A stretch of DNA of 63,772 nucleotides, filler included, from Octopus bimaculoides (Eukaryota), in the NCBI RefSeq assembly GCF_001194135.2. It is 7 parts of 7 records of this genome, joined end to end, with 100 filler letters (N's around TTAATTAATTAA, not from the genome) between each part and the next. Parts side by side here need not be neighbours in the genome. Positions count along the whole stretch, not along the records: positions 1 to 17,584 come from NC_068999.1; positions 17,685 to 29,733 come from NC_069000.1; 5 more parts are not named here. One strand, 5' to 3'. Below are positions 15,341-27,154 of the stretch, piece by piece; positions within the stretch are counted from its first letter, which is position 1; every line of letters starts with the position of its first letter. The position numbers and the translations under genes were made by a program. Below the pieces are notes generated by a model that was not told the origin of the DNA, ran no database searches, and saw nothing but the letters and a program-made list of their open reading frames with translations.

Positions 15341-15645
15341 TTTTCTACTATATGCCACAAGGTCGGAAATTTTGGGGTAGGGCATCAGTCGATTACATCG
15401 ACCCCAATGTTTCACTGGTACTTAATTTATCAACCCTGAAAAGATGAAAGGCAAAAATGCGAAGCAAACTGCGAAGAGGCATTCCGTCCTTCCTTACGTT
15501 CTGAGTTCAAATTCAACCGAGGTCGAATTTGTCTTTCATCCTTTCGAGGTCAATGAAATAAGTACCGGTTACGCACTGGACTCAATATAATCGACTATCC
15601 CCTCTCCCAAAGTTTCTGCCCTTGTGCTTATAGTAGAAAGGATAT
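15341..15645. mobile_element. Two partial family A SINEs in inverted orientation
   Basis: Minus copy 15341-15455 and plus copy ~15456-15645; the arm 15341-15455 is complementary to 15528-15642. Confidence 0.8.
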
Positions 15646-16264
15646 TTTATCAAATCCAAAAGGATAAAAAGTACAGATGGCCTCGGTGGCATTTGAACAT
15701 AGACTATCACTATTCGAAAGGAATACAAGTTCTTAGTTCAATGCTGTAGCAATTCTAGGGCACGCCATCTTGGAATCTTTACCAAAATGAAACGAACTCT
15801 AATTTGAATATTTAAGCAAACTGAACTATGCAACGAAATCATCGACAAACTCCGAACATTTAAGAAAAGGAATTACATTAGCAAGATTCCTAAATTTATG
15901 CACGAACGAATGGAAATTGAAACTATTTATGAAATTTGGTCTTGTCATGTTGTCATTTGAACTCGTGTCTATCGGTTGTCACTGTTTCAGACGACGTTGC
16001 CATCCGAGCCGGCTGCATAACTAAATCAATAGAGTTGAGAGAATAATTTGAAAGGTGATAAGTGGCTACAAAAAAACAAAACAAAACAAATAAAAGAAAT
16101 AAATATAAATTAAATAACTAAATAAATAGAAAAAGTAATTTGATAAGGAAATCTGTGTTTCACCTATTCCGTTATATGGTGTGATGGAAGGACAAAAGAT
16201 TGGATGAATTGTAACAACGCTATCAATGATTGAATGTTTCATCCGAAAGTTTGGACGTTGTTCA

Positions 16265-16331
<67 letters not shown>

Positions 16332-16861
16332 ACACAAACACAATATTAATTGCTTTATGAAGACTTATTGATTGCTAATTTGTCAGCCATTTTATGGTAT
16401 TGGTTTATTGTTGTTATTGTTTGTATTAGTATTATTATTGTTATCATTTCATTGTTCTATGATGTCGATGTATATACATATCTGTTTGTATGAGGATCTA
16501 TGTGTATAATTATGTTTATGTGTGTGTGTGCGTGTGCTGCCAGTAGTGGTTGTATGGTGAGTGTGGTGTGTATGTGTGGTGGATGTGTTGTTTGTGTGGT
16601 GTGTTTGTGGTGTGTGGTGTGTGTGGTGTGTGTGTGTATTTGTACATAAATATTTTTTTAGTGTTATTACGAGTGTAAAGATAGTGGACATAAATAAAGG
16701 CACAATTTGCCTGTTCAAATATTTAAATGAAATAAGAAGACGTAGAAGATGAAGTGGAGGCTGAAGAGGAATGAGGACGGGGGAAGGAGCAGGAGCAGCA
16801 GAAGCAGAAGAGGAAGAAGAAGAAGAAGAAGAAAACAGCAACAGTATTAATACTAACTATA

Positions 16862-16902
<41 letters not shown>

Positions 16903-16974
16903 ATGAGGATAAAGAAAAGGAAAAAGGAAACGCACAAGGATGAGCGAAAGAAGAGGTAGTCGTAGTAGAAGAAG

Positions 16975-17031
16975 AGGAGGAAGACGAAGAAGAAAAAGAA
17001 GGAGAAAAGAACAACAGTTATAATACTGACT

Positions 17032-17063
<32 letters not shown>

Positions 17064-17100
17064 ACGACGATGGCGATAACGATGATATGATGATAATGAA

Positions 17101-17136
<36 letters not shown>

Positions 17137-17300
17137 GATGATGATGAAGATGATGATGATGATAAAGAAAAAGAACAGGGGAACGTACAAGTGGATGAAG
17201 AAGAAGAAGAAGAAGAAGAAGAAGAAGAAGAAGAAGAAGAAGAAGAAGAAGAAGAAGAAGAAGAAGAAGAAGAAGAAGAAGAAGAAGAAGAAGAAGAAGA
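16975..17300. repeat. Compound (GAA)n/(GAT)n microsatellite block
   Basis: Seen directly; source of the poly-K/poly-M ORFs. Confidence 0.9.
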
Positions 17301-17528
17301 TCGCCGCTAAGTTATGCTGGCGGTTTCTAAGTAATGAATTAAAGCTGATTTTAATTACAGTAAATTCAAATGTGCTTTGTTAGGGCCAGCCTAATGAATC
17401 ATCTATGAAACTATCAGTGTAGTTAAGTAATTATACAACTTCAACAATAGACGGAACCAATTAAAATGTTTTACGTAGATAAATATCTGTGGCGATGCAT
17501 ATACATACAAACATATATGTATATATAT

Positions 17529-17572
<44 letters not shown>

Positions 17573-18593
17573 GTACATATATATNNNNNNNNNNNNNNNN
17601 NNNNNNNNNNNNNNNNNNNNNNNNNNNNTTAATTAATTAANNNNNNNNNNNNNNNNNNNNNNNNNNNNNNNNNNNNNNNNNNNNATTCTTTTGTTTCTGA
17701 AATTAAGTTTCATCCGATGATTATAGTTTTTTTTTTTTTTGAATGAAGTAAGGTTCTCATTCTCCTATTTAGAAAATGCATAAGAATCAATTAATTGAAA
17801 TTAGAAAAACTAATTTAAAGATTCACACGCACGCGCACAAATAAATTAAAACAAAATTGTGTATACACAAGTAACGGTTTTTTTTAATACATTAGAATGC
17901 ACAAGCGCACACATCTGAATTTAACGCTGAGTCTACCAATGATATATTAATACATTGGGATGCTGTTCCTTTTTCTATCAAAATCTAACTCTGACGAAAT
18001 GTTCAATTAACTATAATTCAATATGAATCCTTAATTTAATTTTTCAAATTTGAATTAATTGATTGGACATGGAAACAATTGTAGGTTTCTATGAGTTTGA
18101 TATTGTTCAAAAGTAGATTTGTTTCAATAAAGTTATGAGTATATGTCAATTTCTTCATTTTCTTGTTTTTCTTATACATAAATGGTAATATATCCAGATC
18201 TTTTAGCAATTCACTGTTATACTGGATAAAACCGAGCAGTTTGCATGTTGACATCGCTTTAATAGATATTCATATCCTTGAAATAATTAACACACAATAA
18301 TAATAATGTACATGACTTGAGACGTTTACCTCACCTTAACGTTTGTTGTCCTCATTAACAATTATATATATATAGATATATAGAATATATGGATGAAATC
18401 ATGTTAATGATTTTTCATCATGTAGTCAGCATGCAATTAAAGATTAAATTAATAATTATATATATATATGTATATAATTATATTGAGGGAGCGTGGGCCA
18501 AAAACGACATGTTTGAAACTGCCGAAGCACTCAGATACTACCGAAAAACTCCGAAATATACACGGATTTTAGTTTGTATTTGTAATTATTTGT

Positions 18594-18630
<37 letters not shown>

Positions 18631-19974
18631 NNNNNNNNNNNNNNNNNNNNNNNNNNNNNNNNNNNNNNNNNNNNNNNNNNNNNNNNNNNNNNNNNNNNNN
18701 NNNNNNNNNNNNNNNNNNNNNNNNNNNNNNNNNNNNNNNNNNNNNNNNNNNNNNNNNNNNNNNNNNNNNNNNNNNNNNNNNNNNNNNNNNNNNNNNNNNN
18801 NNNNNNNNNNNNNNNNNNNNNNNNNNNNNNNNNNNNNNNNNNNNNNNNNNNNNNNNNNNNNNNNNNNNNNNNNNNNNNNNNNNNNNNNNNNNNNNNNNNN
18901 NNNNNNNNNNNNNNNNNNNNNNNNNNNNNNNNNNNNNNNNNNNNNNNNNNNNNNNNNNNNNNNNNNNNNNNNNNNNNNNNNNNNNNNNNNNNNNNNNNNN
19001 NNNNNNNNNTTTCCACTTATGTCGTCATTACTTAACGCGATGAAATTTATGCTTCGCTGATGAAGACATACGATTAACAACTAGAACGTTTTAGAAAGCC
19101 GCAAATTTGAATGTATTTCGTTTCTCTTTCTTTTCTCCCTCTCTCTCCTCCTTTTTTTTTTGTTTCTCCCTTTTCTTTTGTTAACTTGAAGTGTTGAGTT
19201 CAATGTATCTCATGAGCGTCACTTCAACAATGGATGGGTTACGCAAGGTTGACCTACCTAGGGTTCACTTATGGTAAGTTTATCTACGTTAGCTTCCCAT
19301 AACCTAGATATACTATGTAGCAGTAGATAAACAACACAGTGTAATACAATAATTCACTGTTGTAAACTGAGAGTCAGATAGTATGTTATGTGTACTCTTA
19401 TTAGTTTGCTATGCTGTGTTCAATAGCTCTTATAGATCTAGCTTGGAGAGGAATACTTTAAATTGTTGAAGTATATGTTACCTAAAATACATATGCCAAA
19501 GAAATTAAGCATTGTATACCGTGTTTATTACGTACCATATTGATGTCTCTACTAATGAAACATCAAAGTACAATTACCCAGAACTTTCGAAATATTCCTG
19601 GAGACTAAGAGGTGGAAACGAGATACCAGCCACTCACATTACAATAGAAATAGTAAATGAAGCCTCAGTATTTAAGAATGCATGGAAATATTAAGTCTGT
19701 TTCTTGATCACTCTTCACAGAAGTACCCATTCAATTTCCCCAATCGATAGCAGAGAATGTTGGCTGTAATATATAGCTGTGGATATGTTACCGCTGGGAT
19801 TGATGGCATATTGGTGCTTGGATGGTTCGTTACAGCGACATAGACCGGAAAAAAAAATAGATATGTGGTATTGCGAGAGGTAGTAAGCTTCGAGATCGCT
19901 CTCCCAACTGTCAGAACTCACCCACTTCACATCCCTCCAATTCAGTTTTATATATTTTATTCACTTTCAAGTAG

Positions 19975-20190
19975 CTAAAATGGCGTTCCTCCGAAGGATC
20001 TCTGGAGTAACGTTACTCGACAGGGTGCATAGCATGCAGATGAAGAAGACTCTACAGGTCGAGTCGGTACTTCTCTACATTCAGAAGTCACAATGGACTT
20101 GCGATTAGAATCCTGCAGGAAAGAATCACAGGGCTGATTCTCCAAACTGAGCCAACCACTAGGAGACCTAGAGACAGATCAGGGCCATGA
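19975..20190 (+). mobile_element. RTE-clade (Rex3/Expander-like) LINE ORF C-terminal fragment, decayed
   Basis: Translates QVAKMAFLRRISGVTLLDRVHSMQMKKTLQVESVLLYIQKSQW, resembling the RTE post-RT motif (AEMRFLRRVAGxxxxDRVRS...L.VE.LLL.IE.SQLRW). Stops and frameshifts follow. Confidence 0.7.
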
Positions 20191-20413
20191 TGGATGGATA
20201 ATAATTCATACTCTCAGTTCGTCACGTAGAGACTCCAGCAGAGTAGAGATTCAGCATGACGCAGTATGTGCAGGTACTATGTATATTTGACAGCAGAGTG
20301 GACAAGAACAATGTGAAATAAAGTATCTCACTCAATGACACAATGCGCCGCCATAAATTGAAATTACGGCCTTGAGATCATAAACACAATACTCTAACCA
20401 CTAAACCACGCGC
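20190..20413 (-). mobile_element. tRNA/CORE-like SINE, decayed
   Basis: The minus strand has TGGTTTAGTGGTTAGAGTATTG (A-box) followed by a CORE-like TGTGTCATTGAGTGAGATACTTTATTTCACATTG. Confidence 0.6.
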
Positions 20414-22077
20414 TTACACACACACACACATAAATATATATNNNNNNNNNNNNNNNNNNNNNNNNNNNNNNNNNNNNNNNNNNNNNNNNNNNNNNNNNNN
20501 NNNNNNNNNNNNNNNNNNNNNNNNNNNNNNNNNNNNNNNNNNNNNNNNNNNNNNNNNNNNNNNNNNNNNNNNNNNNNNNNNNNNNNNNNNNNNNNNNNNN
20601 NNNNNNNNNNNNNNNNNNNNNNNNNNNNNNNNNNNNNNNNNNNNNNNNNNNNNNNNNNNNNNNNNNNNNNNNNNNNNNNNNNNNNNNNNNNNNNNNNNNN
20701 NNNNNNNNNNNNNNNNNNNNNNNNNNNNNNNNNNNNNNNNNNNNNNNNNNNNNNNNNNNNNNNNNNNNNNNNNNNNNNNNNNNNNNNNNNNNNNNNNNNN
20801 NNNNNNNNNNNNNNNNNNNNNNNNNNNNNNNNNNNNNNNNNNNNNNNNNNNNNNNNNNNNNNNNNNNNNNNNNNNNNNNNNNNNNNNNNNNNNNNNNNNN
20901 NNNNNNNNNNNNNNNNNNNNNNNNNNNNNNNNNNNNNNNNNNNNNNNNNNNNNNNNNNNNNNNNNNNNNNNNNNNNNNNNNNNNNNNNNNNNNNNNNNNN
21001 NNNNNNNNNNNNNNNNNNNNNNNNNNNNNNNNNNNNNNNNNNNNNNNNNNNNNNNNNNNNNNNNNNNNNNNNNNNNNNNNNNNNNNNNNNNNNNNNNNNN
21101 NNNNNNNNNNNNNNNNNNNNNNNNNNNNNNNNNNNNNNNNNNNNNNNNNNNNNNNNNNNNNNNNNNNNNNNNNNNNNNNNNNNNNNNNNNNNNNNNNNNN
21201 NNNNNNNNNNNNNNNNNNNNNNNNNNNNNNNNNNNNNNNNNNNNNNNNNNNNNNNNNNNNNNNNNNNNNNNNNNNNNNNNNNNNNNNNNNNNNNNNNNNN
21301 NNNNNNNNNNNNNNNNNNNNNNNNNNNNNNNNNNNNNNNNNNNNNNNNNNNNNNNNNNNNNNNNNNNNNATATATATATATATACATACTTATGCATGCA
21401 TGCACGGGTTTGTATGTGCATACGTGTAGACAACTTTACAGTATTTAACCAGATATAATTTAGTACAATATTCGTCCTCGTTTAATTCAAACACTGAATC
21501 AGCAAAAAAATAATGAACCGCTTCCCCATTCCTCACAAAGCTACAAGCACACACACACGCCCGCGCAGACACACACACAAGCAGCACAATATATTGGGTG
21601 TGTATATTTTCCCACCCTCACCTAAATTAAAATAAATATATAAGCAATACTGAAATATCGTAAACAACAATGGTGAAATACAATATATTTTAAAATACAA
21701 GGTACAATACAATATTATGTTTAGTATTTACTTATATAAAGAAATCTTTACGAATAGGCAAGTGTTGTTTGTTTAGTTTTGTTTAATTTTTTTTTGTTTG
21801 TTTTTTTGTTTGTTTTGGTGGGATGAGGAAAGAGAGGAAAAGAAGGAACGTGTGGAAAATAATAAGAAAAACAAACATTTCAATTTAAACAGTGAAAAGT
21901 TTACCATTGTGTTTTGAGGTATTTAGGCAGTTATTTCAAGAGGAACCTCCCTAATGCATACATATATACACACAGACAGCCACACAGGCACACGCGCGCA
22001 CACACACACACATGTATGCATANNNNNNNNNNCACATACACGCACACGACACATATACATGTTTGCATGTATTCTTT

Positions 22078-22484
22078 TATTCTTTTACTTGTTTCAGTCA
22101 TTTGACCGTGGCCATGCTGGAGCACCGCCTTTAGTCGGACAAATCGACCCCAGGATTTATTCTTTATAAACCTAGTGCTTACTCTATCGGGCTCTTTTGC
22201 CGAACCGCAAAGTTACGAGGACGTAAACACACCATCAACGGTTGTCAAGTGATGGTGGTGGGGACAAACACAGACACACAAATACATACAAATGTATATA
22301 TATATATATATATATATATACCACGGGCTTCTTTCAGTTTCCGCCAATCAAATCCGCTCACAAGGCTTTGGCCGGCCCGAGGCTATAGTAGAAGACACTT
22401 GCCCAAGGCGCCATGCAGTTGGACTGAACCCGAAACCATGTGGTTGGTAAGCAAACTTCTTACCACACAGCTACTCCTGCGCCT
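22078..22484 (-). mobile_element. SINE family B (tRNA head + CORE-like segment + internal microsatellite + 3' tail)
   Basis: The minus strand starts AGGCGCAGGAGTAGCTGTGTGGTAAG...GGTTCAGTCC...GCCTTGGGCAAGTGTCTTC (CORE-like). An internal (TA/CA)n lies at ~22270-22320. The same family occurs at 45812-46270, 49925-50042, 50354-50452, 54735-54945 and 60505-60960. Confidence 0.85.
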
Positions 22485-23074
22485 TTGTATATATACATAT
22501 ATATAATATAATATCGTCTGTGTGTGTTTGTGTGTGTGCGCGCGCGTGTGTGTGTGTGTATATACATTAATATGTATGTATGAATATATATAATATATGT
22601 GTTAAATTTCATATAGTTAAATGTACAAATATACTGTTTATTAAAGCTGAACAGTGAAACGTAGACAGATCCAATTCCTTACACCCACCACCCACCCCTA
22701 CCCACAGACCCCTACCTCTACCCCACCCTAAGCCCAACCCACACTCCACCCATGCCTTCCCCACCTCCCAACACCCTCACATCACACCACACCAATACCC
22801 TCGCATCACACCACGCACACACTACAACTGACCAACTACNNNNNNNNNNNNNNNNNNNNNNNNNNNNNNNNNNNNNNNNNNNNNNNNNNNNNNNNNNNNN
22901 NNNNNNNNNNNNNNNNNNNNNNNNNNNNNNNNNNNNNNNNNNNNNNNNNNNNNNNNNNNNNNNNNNNNNNNNNNNNNNNNNNNNNNNNNNNNNNNNNNNN
23001 NNNNNNNNNNNNNNNNNNNNNNNNNNNNNNNNNGAATTTCTAACTTCCGGTCAGTCATTGTTATGATCGGCCAT

Positions 23075-23275
23075 TATTATGATTGACCGTTGACTGAACA
23101 CTATTCAATTTTTTTTCTCCGTGTTTTTCTCCTTGTCTCTGTATTCTTTCTGTTGAAGAGCGTAGCTCGAAACGTCAAAGACTTTCCGTATTCCCGAGCG
23201 TCATACTAATATATACTTTTGTTATTTACACCACCTGTCCTCGTCTGTTGTTATTATTTGTATATTCTCCCATAT
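23075..23275 (+). mobile_element. Penelope-pLTR-like ~200-bp repeat, copy 1, containing a hammerhead-like motif
   Basis: Shares ATGATTGACCG...CTGTTGAAGAGCGTAGCTCGAAACGT-AAAGACTTT...TTCCCGAGCGT-A-ACTAAT...ACACCTGTC with 26652-26840 and 52345-52445. Confidence 0.6.
23145..23181 (+). ncRNA. Minimal type-I hammerhead ribozyme-like motif (A6>U core variant)
   Basis: Stem I UCUUU (23145-49)/AAAGA (23177-81); core CUGUUGA; extra A; stem II GAGC-GUA-GCUC; GAAA; palindromic ACGU in place of stem III; GUC triplet at 23174-76. Activity is untested. Confidence 0.55.
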
Positions 23276-23509
23276 AAACGTCAGTATTTCTTTTTACACG
23301 CAGTAAAACATAAGCGGCCGCCATGATCTCCTTTAGGTATTCATCAGAAATCAAGTATCCCTCATCTTGCTATTCAAGAAGAACGCATGCAATTTATATA
23401 TTGTTGGCATTAGAAAGTTCCTCGCCTTATAGTAACCAGTGATTCCTTCACGTACCCGTAACTAATCGGTTCAGCAAAAGTGACTGATATCATAATATGT
23501 AATCAATAC

Positions 23510-23592
<83 letters not shown>

Positions 23593-24501
23593 TGAATAGA
23601 ATTAGATGCTGTCACTGCATATTGACGATAGAAAATAGTCTTGTCTAATAGTAGCTGAGCAGCCCGTCGTTCCCGAGCAATTTTCACAAAAGAATGTCTT
23701 CGATTACTTTTTATTGCGAGTCAGACCATGTTTTCCCCCGACGCATAGGCCTCTTTATCGGCACGGATGTCTGCATTATTTGGGGCAATTTGTAATGTCT
23801 CGATAAACGAAGTTTTTTGCTTTTACATTTGGAAGAGCAGCATGCGTGAGGGATCTACATAAAGTGTGGTAAATATATGTAGTGATAGGGGGAAATCGTA
23901 AAAGACAGAGTTAAGCAGATGGGAAAGTGGCAGATTTGGAGAGTTACTCATTTACCAAAAAACGTCCATGGGGCGCAAATTTCAGAGCCTTTCGGTAATA
24001 TACACACATACGTACACACATACACTCTCATTTATGTAGTAGATTAGGGCATATGAACACCCGTAACGGAAGAAAATGGGTAAAAGTAAGCGTAAGAAAC
24101 AAACGCATACCTCTTATTTTCTCGATAAGTGTGCTGACCGATTGAATAAATGTGTGTATATGAATAAATCTAGTGAGTTTATTTATACGCACACTTGCTT
24201 ACAAAGTTCTCCATGCATGAATAAATTCTAAATCACAAATTTATTCAATAAAAATTTCTCGAAAGCGACCTTTCCATCCCACCCTACAACCTTTTTAACA
24301 TTCCACTCAAATCCACATACCCAAGGAAGATTTTTAGATCAGCAGAGATTATATAAAGCCAAGAGTAAGTTCAGTGCATCATATATACATATATGTATAT
24401 ATGATTGAAATCGAAGAGGAGAGTGGCGATTTTTTCACATCCAAAACTTTTTATTTTAAACAAAGTTTTCTACACCATATATAACAATGACCAACCTATC
24501 T

Positions 24502-25550
24502 TGCTTCAATCTTGCTCGCCTAAAAGCGAGGACAAAGGTCCGTGAAGTCCTCATTAGAGACATGCTGTTCGCTGATGACGCTACAGTTGCGACTCACACT
24601 CAGAGGGAACTGCAGCTGCTGATGGATTGCTTAGCTGAGGCCTGCAAAGACTTCGGGATGACTATCAGTCTGAAGAAGACAAACGTTATGGGTCAAAACA
24701 CGCCGGCACCACCTGTCATCACCATCAACAACTATGAGCTCGAGGTTGTCCACCAGTTCATGTACCTTGGTTCCACTATCACCGACAACCTCTGCCTAGA
24801 TGCTGAGATAGACAAGAGGATCGGGAAGGCCGCTACAACATACGCTCGCCTCACACCAAGAGTGTGGACAAACCCCAAGCTAACAGTGAAAGCGAAAATG
24901 GCTGTGTACAGTGCTTGCGTCCTCAGCACCCTGCTATACAGCAGCGAGACATGGACCGCGTACGGCCGCCAGGAGAAACGGCTCAACACCTTCCACCTCA
25001 GAAGCTTCCGACGCATACTCGGCATCCTCTGGCAAGACAAAGTAACCAATACTGACGTTCTGTCTCGTGCTGGCCTTCCCACCATGCTCACCTTACTAAG
25101 ACAACGTCGGCNNNNNNNNNNNNNNNNNNNNNNNNNNNNNNNNNNNNNNNNNNNNNNNNNNNNNNNNNNNNNNNNNNNNNNNNNNNNNNNNNNNNNNNNN
25201 NNNNNNNNNNNNACAGGGACGTGTGCAGGAGGGATATGAAGGCACTTGGTATCAACACCAATTCCTGGGAGGATCTCGCAGCCGACCGAACCAGCTGGAG
25301 AGGCACTCTTCACAAACAACTGCAGACCGGCGAAGAGAATTTGAAGGTGGCAGCAGCTGAAAACCGAGCCCACAGAAAAGAAACGACAGCCAACAGACCG
25401 GATTCAAGGTATAGGTGTGACCTCTGCAAACGAGACTGCCACTCTTGCATCGGTCTCTACAGCCACAGGAGGCGTTGCAAAAACTGAATAGATGACTCAA
25501 CGGACGGATGACATCATCCATGGTCAGCCATGACCGACGGAGGCCCAAAA
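24502..25550 (+). mobile_element. RTE-BovB-like LINE, 5'-truncated: C-terminal part of RT, C-terminal CCHH-like finger and 3' end
   Basis: FNLARLKARTKVREVLIRDMLFADD (RT catalytic motif), FMYLGS, LLYSSETWT and FHLRSFRRILGILWQDKVTN. After the N gap: RDVCRRDMK...CDLCKRDCHSCIGLYSHRRRC* (stop 25487). No stops in the sequenced parts. Confidence 0.95.
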
Positions 25551-26360
25551 TATATACATACACAATCTTCTCTCTCCCTTTCTTTCTCTTTCCTTCTCTC
25601 TTTTCTCTTTTCTCTTTTTCTCTCTTTCTTTTTTCTTTCTTTCTTTCTCAATTTCTCTGTATTTGTCTCAGAAATACAAATACACGCACACAGATGTATG
25701 TATATGCGCACGCGCAGACACGCTTTTATCCAGTTTCATTGAAGTAGAGAATTACAATCTAGCGAGGTCAATAGGTACAAATCAGAGGGACGTCTCAAGT
25801 GTAAGATTTCCCCTAACTTGTAAGCGCTAAGGTCGGTTTGATTAGGGGTTTCGGATTGGTGGTTCATGGAAAGTGAAAGAGAAAGAGAGGGAGTAGTTTA
25901 AGGCTGGTCTGTGGAAGGAATTTGCTAATAATCAAAGGGAACATTAAAATATTTAAGTACTTAACTGCATGAGAACCCTACTTAAAATTCACTCAATCCT
26001 CCAGATATTCGTGATACTGATTGGTTCAGCAGGGTGTAAAATAGGGGAGGAGAAGAGAAATAAATAGATAGAGATAGAGGAAGAAGAAGAGGGTGATAAA
26101 AACAGAGACAAGGGAGGGATTAAAGAGGCATTTTGGATCGATTTCCGCCTTTACCTATTAGATTTTCACCCCAGTTTCCAGATAATGGATGAAATGAATA
26201 TCATATTTTACAAGAAGTAGATAATTGTCTAATATATAGTTTCATTTTGACCTTGAAGAATTGTACACAACGCGCTTGTCTGTGTGTATACAGAGATACA
26301 TAGACAGACACGTACACAGACAAGTCGACGGAAAGATAGATAGATGGATAGATAGATAGG

Positions 26361-26404
<44 letters not shown>

Positions 26405-26592
26405 AACATAGATACATACATACATACATACATACATACACACACACAAACACACACATACATACATACATACATACATACATAACACATGTATTTCAGA
26501 GATTAGATTGATGTGTTTTGATATACATGGGTGTATACGTGTGTTTAACTATCTATCTATTTATCTATCTATCTACACACACACACACACAC

Positions 26593-26651
<59 letters not shown>

Positions 26652-26653
<2 letters not shown>

Positions 26654-26840
26654 ATGATTGACCGCTACCCACTAAACCTTTTTTCATTCTCTCTCTATTT
26701 ATTTTCTCGTAATCCTTCCTGTTGAAGAACATAGGCTCGAAACGTAAAAGACTTTCTCACCTTCCCGAGCGTTAAACTAATGCACCTGCTAGTTGTTTAT
26801 ACACCTGTCTCCGTCTTTTGTTTTTCTGTAAATTCCAACT
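26652..26840 (+). mobile_element. Penelope-pLTR-like repeat, copy 2 (degenerate hammerhead-like motif at 26714-26751)
   Basis: CTGTTGA A GAAC ATAG GCTC GAAA CGTA AAAGA, with the same flanks as copy 1. Confidence 0.6.
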
Positions 26841-27154
26841 ATATATATATATATGCAAACATAGATTCAATCTCTCTCAAACGAAGGTGCGTATCCTAGG
26901 CTGTTGCACACACGATAGTAAGAACGTGACTTCGCTTCCCGACCGGGCAATGCATTATGTTCACGAGTAAAACATTTATATGTGGCATAACCATCTAACT
27001 AACGGCCCCGTTCAGAAGGCTGGGAAAGAAGATATCCCTTCGTGAAGAAAGAACACCGCGTATTGGACATCGCAGAACCAAGTTGTAGTTGTTATGCCTT
27101 TTACTTGAGGTCTCAGATATGTACAAGTAGAATAAGTTACACAAAATATTTACA

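Noticed and set aside
17585-17684. TTAATTAATTAA repeated six times inside N runs (17629, 29778, 34619, 49465, 52537, 61267)
   Set aside because: It always sits mid-way in a ~100-bp N spacer (44 N + 12 + 44 N at 17585-17684) and encodes stops in all six frames: an assembly linker, not biology.
19180-19235. Hairpin TTGAAGTG...CACTTCAA as a pre-miRNA
   Set aside because: Only 8 bp of contiguous stem with a poorly paired interior.
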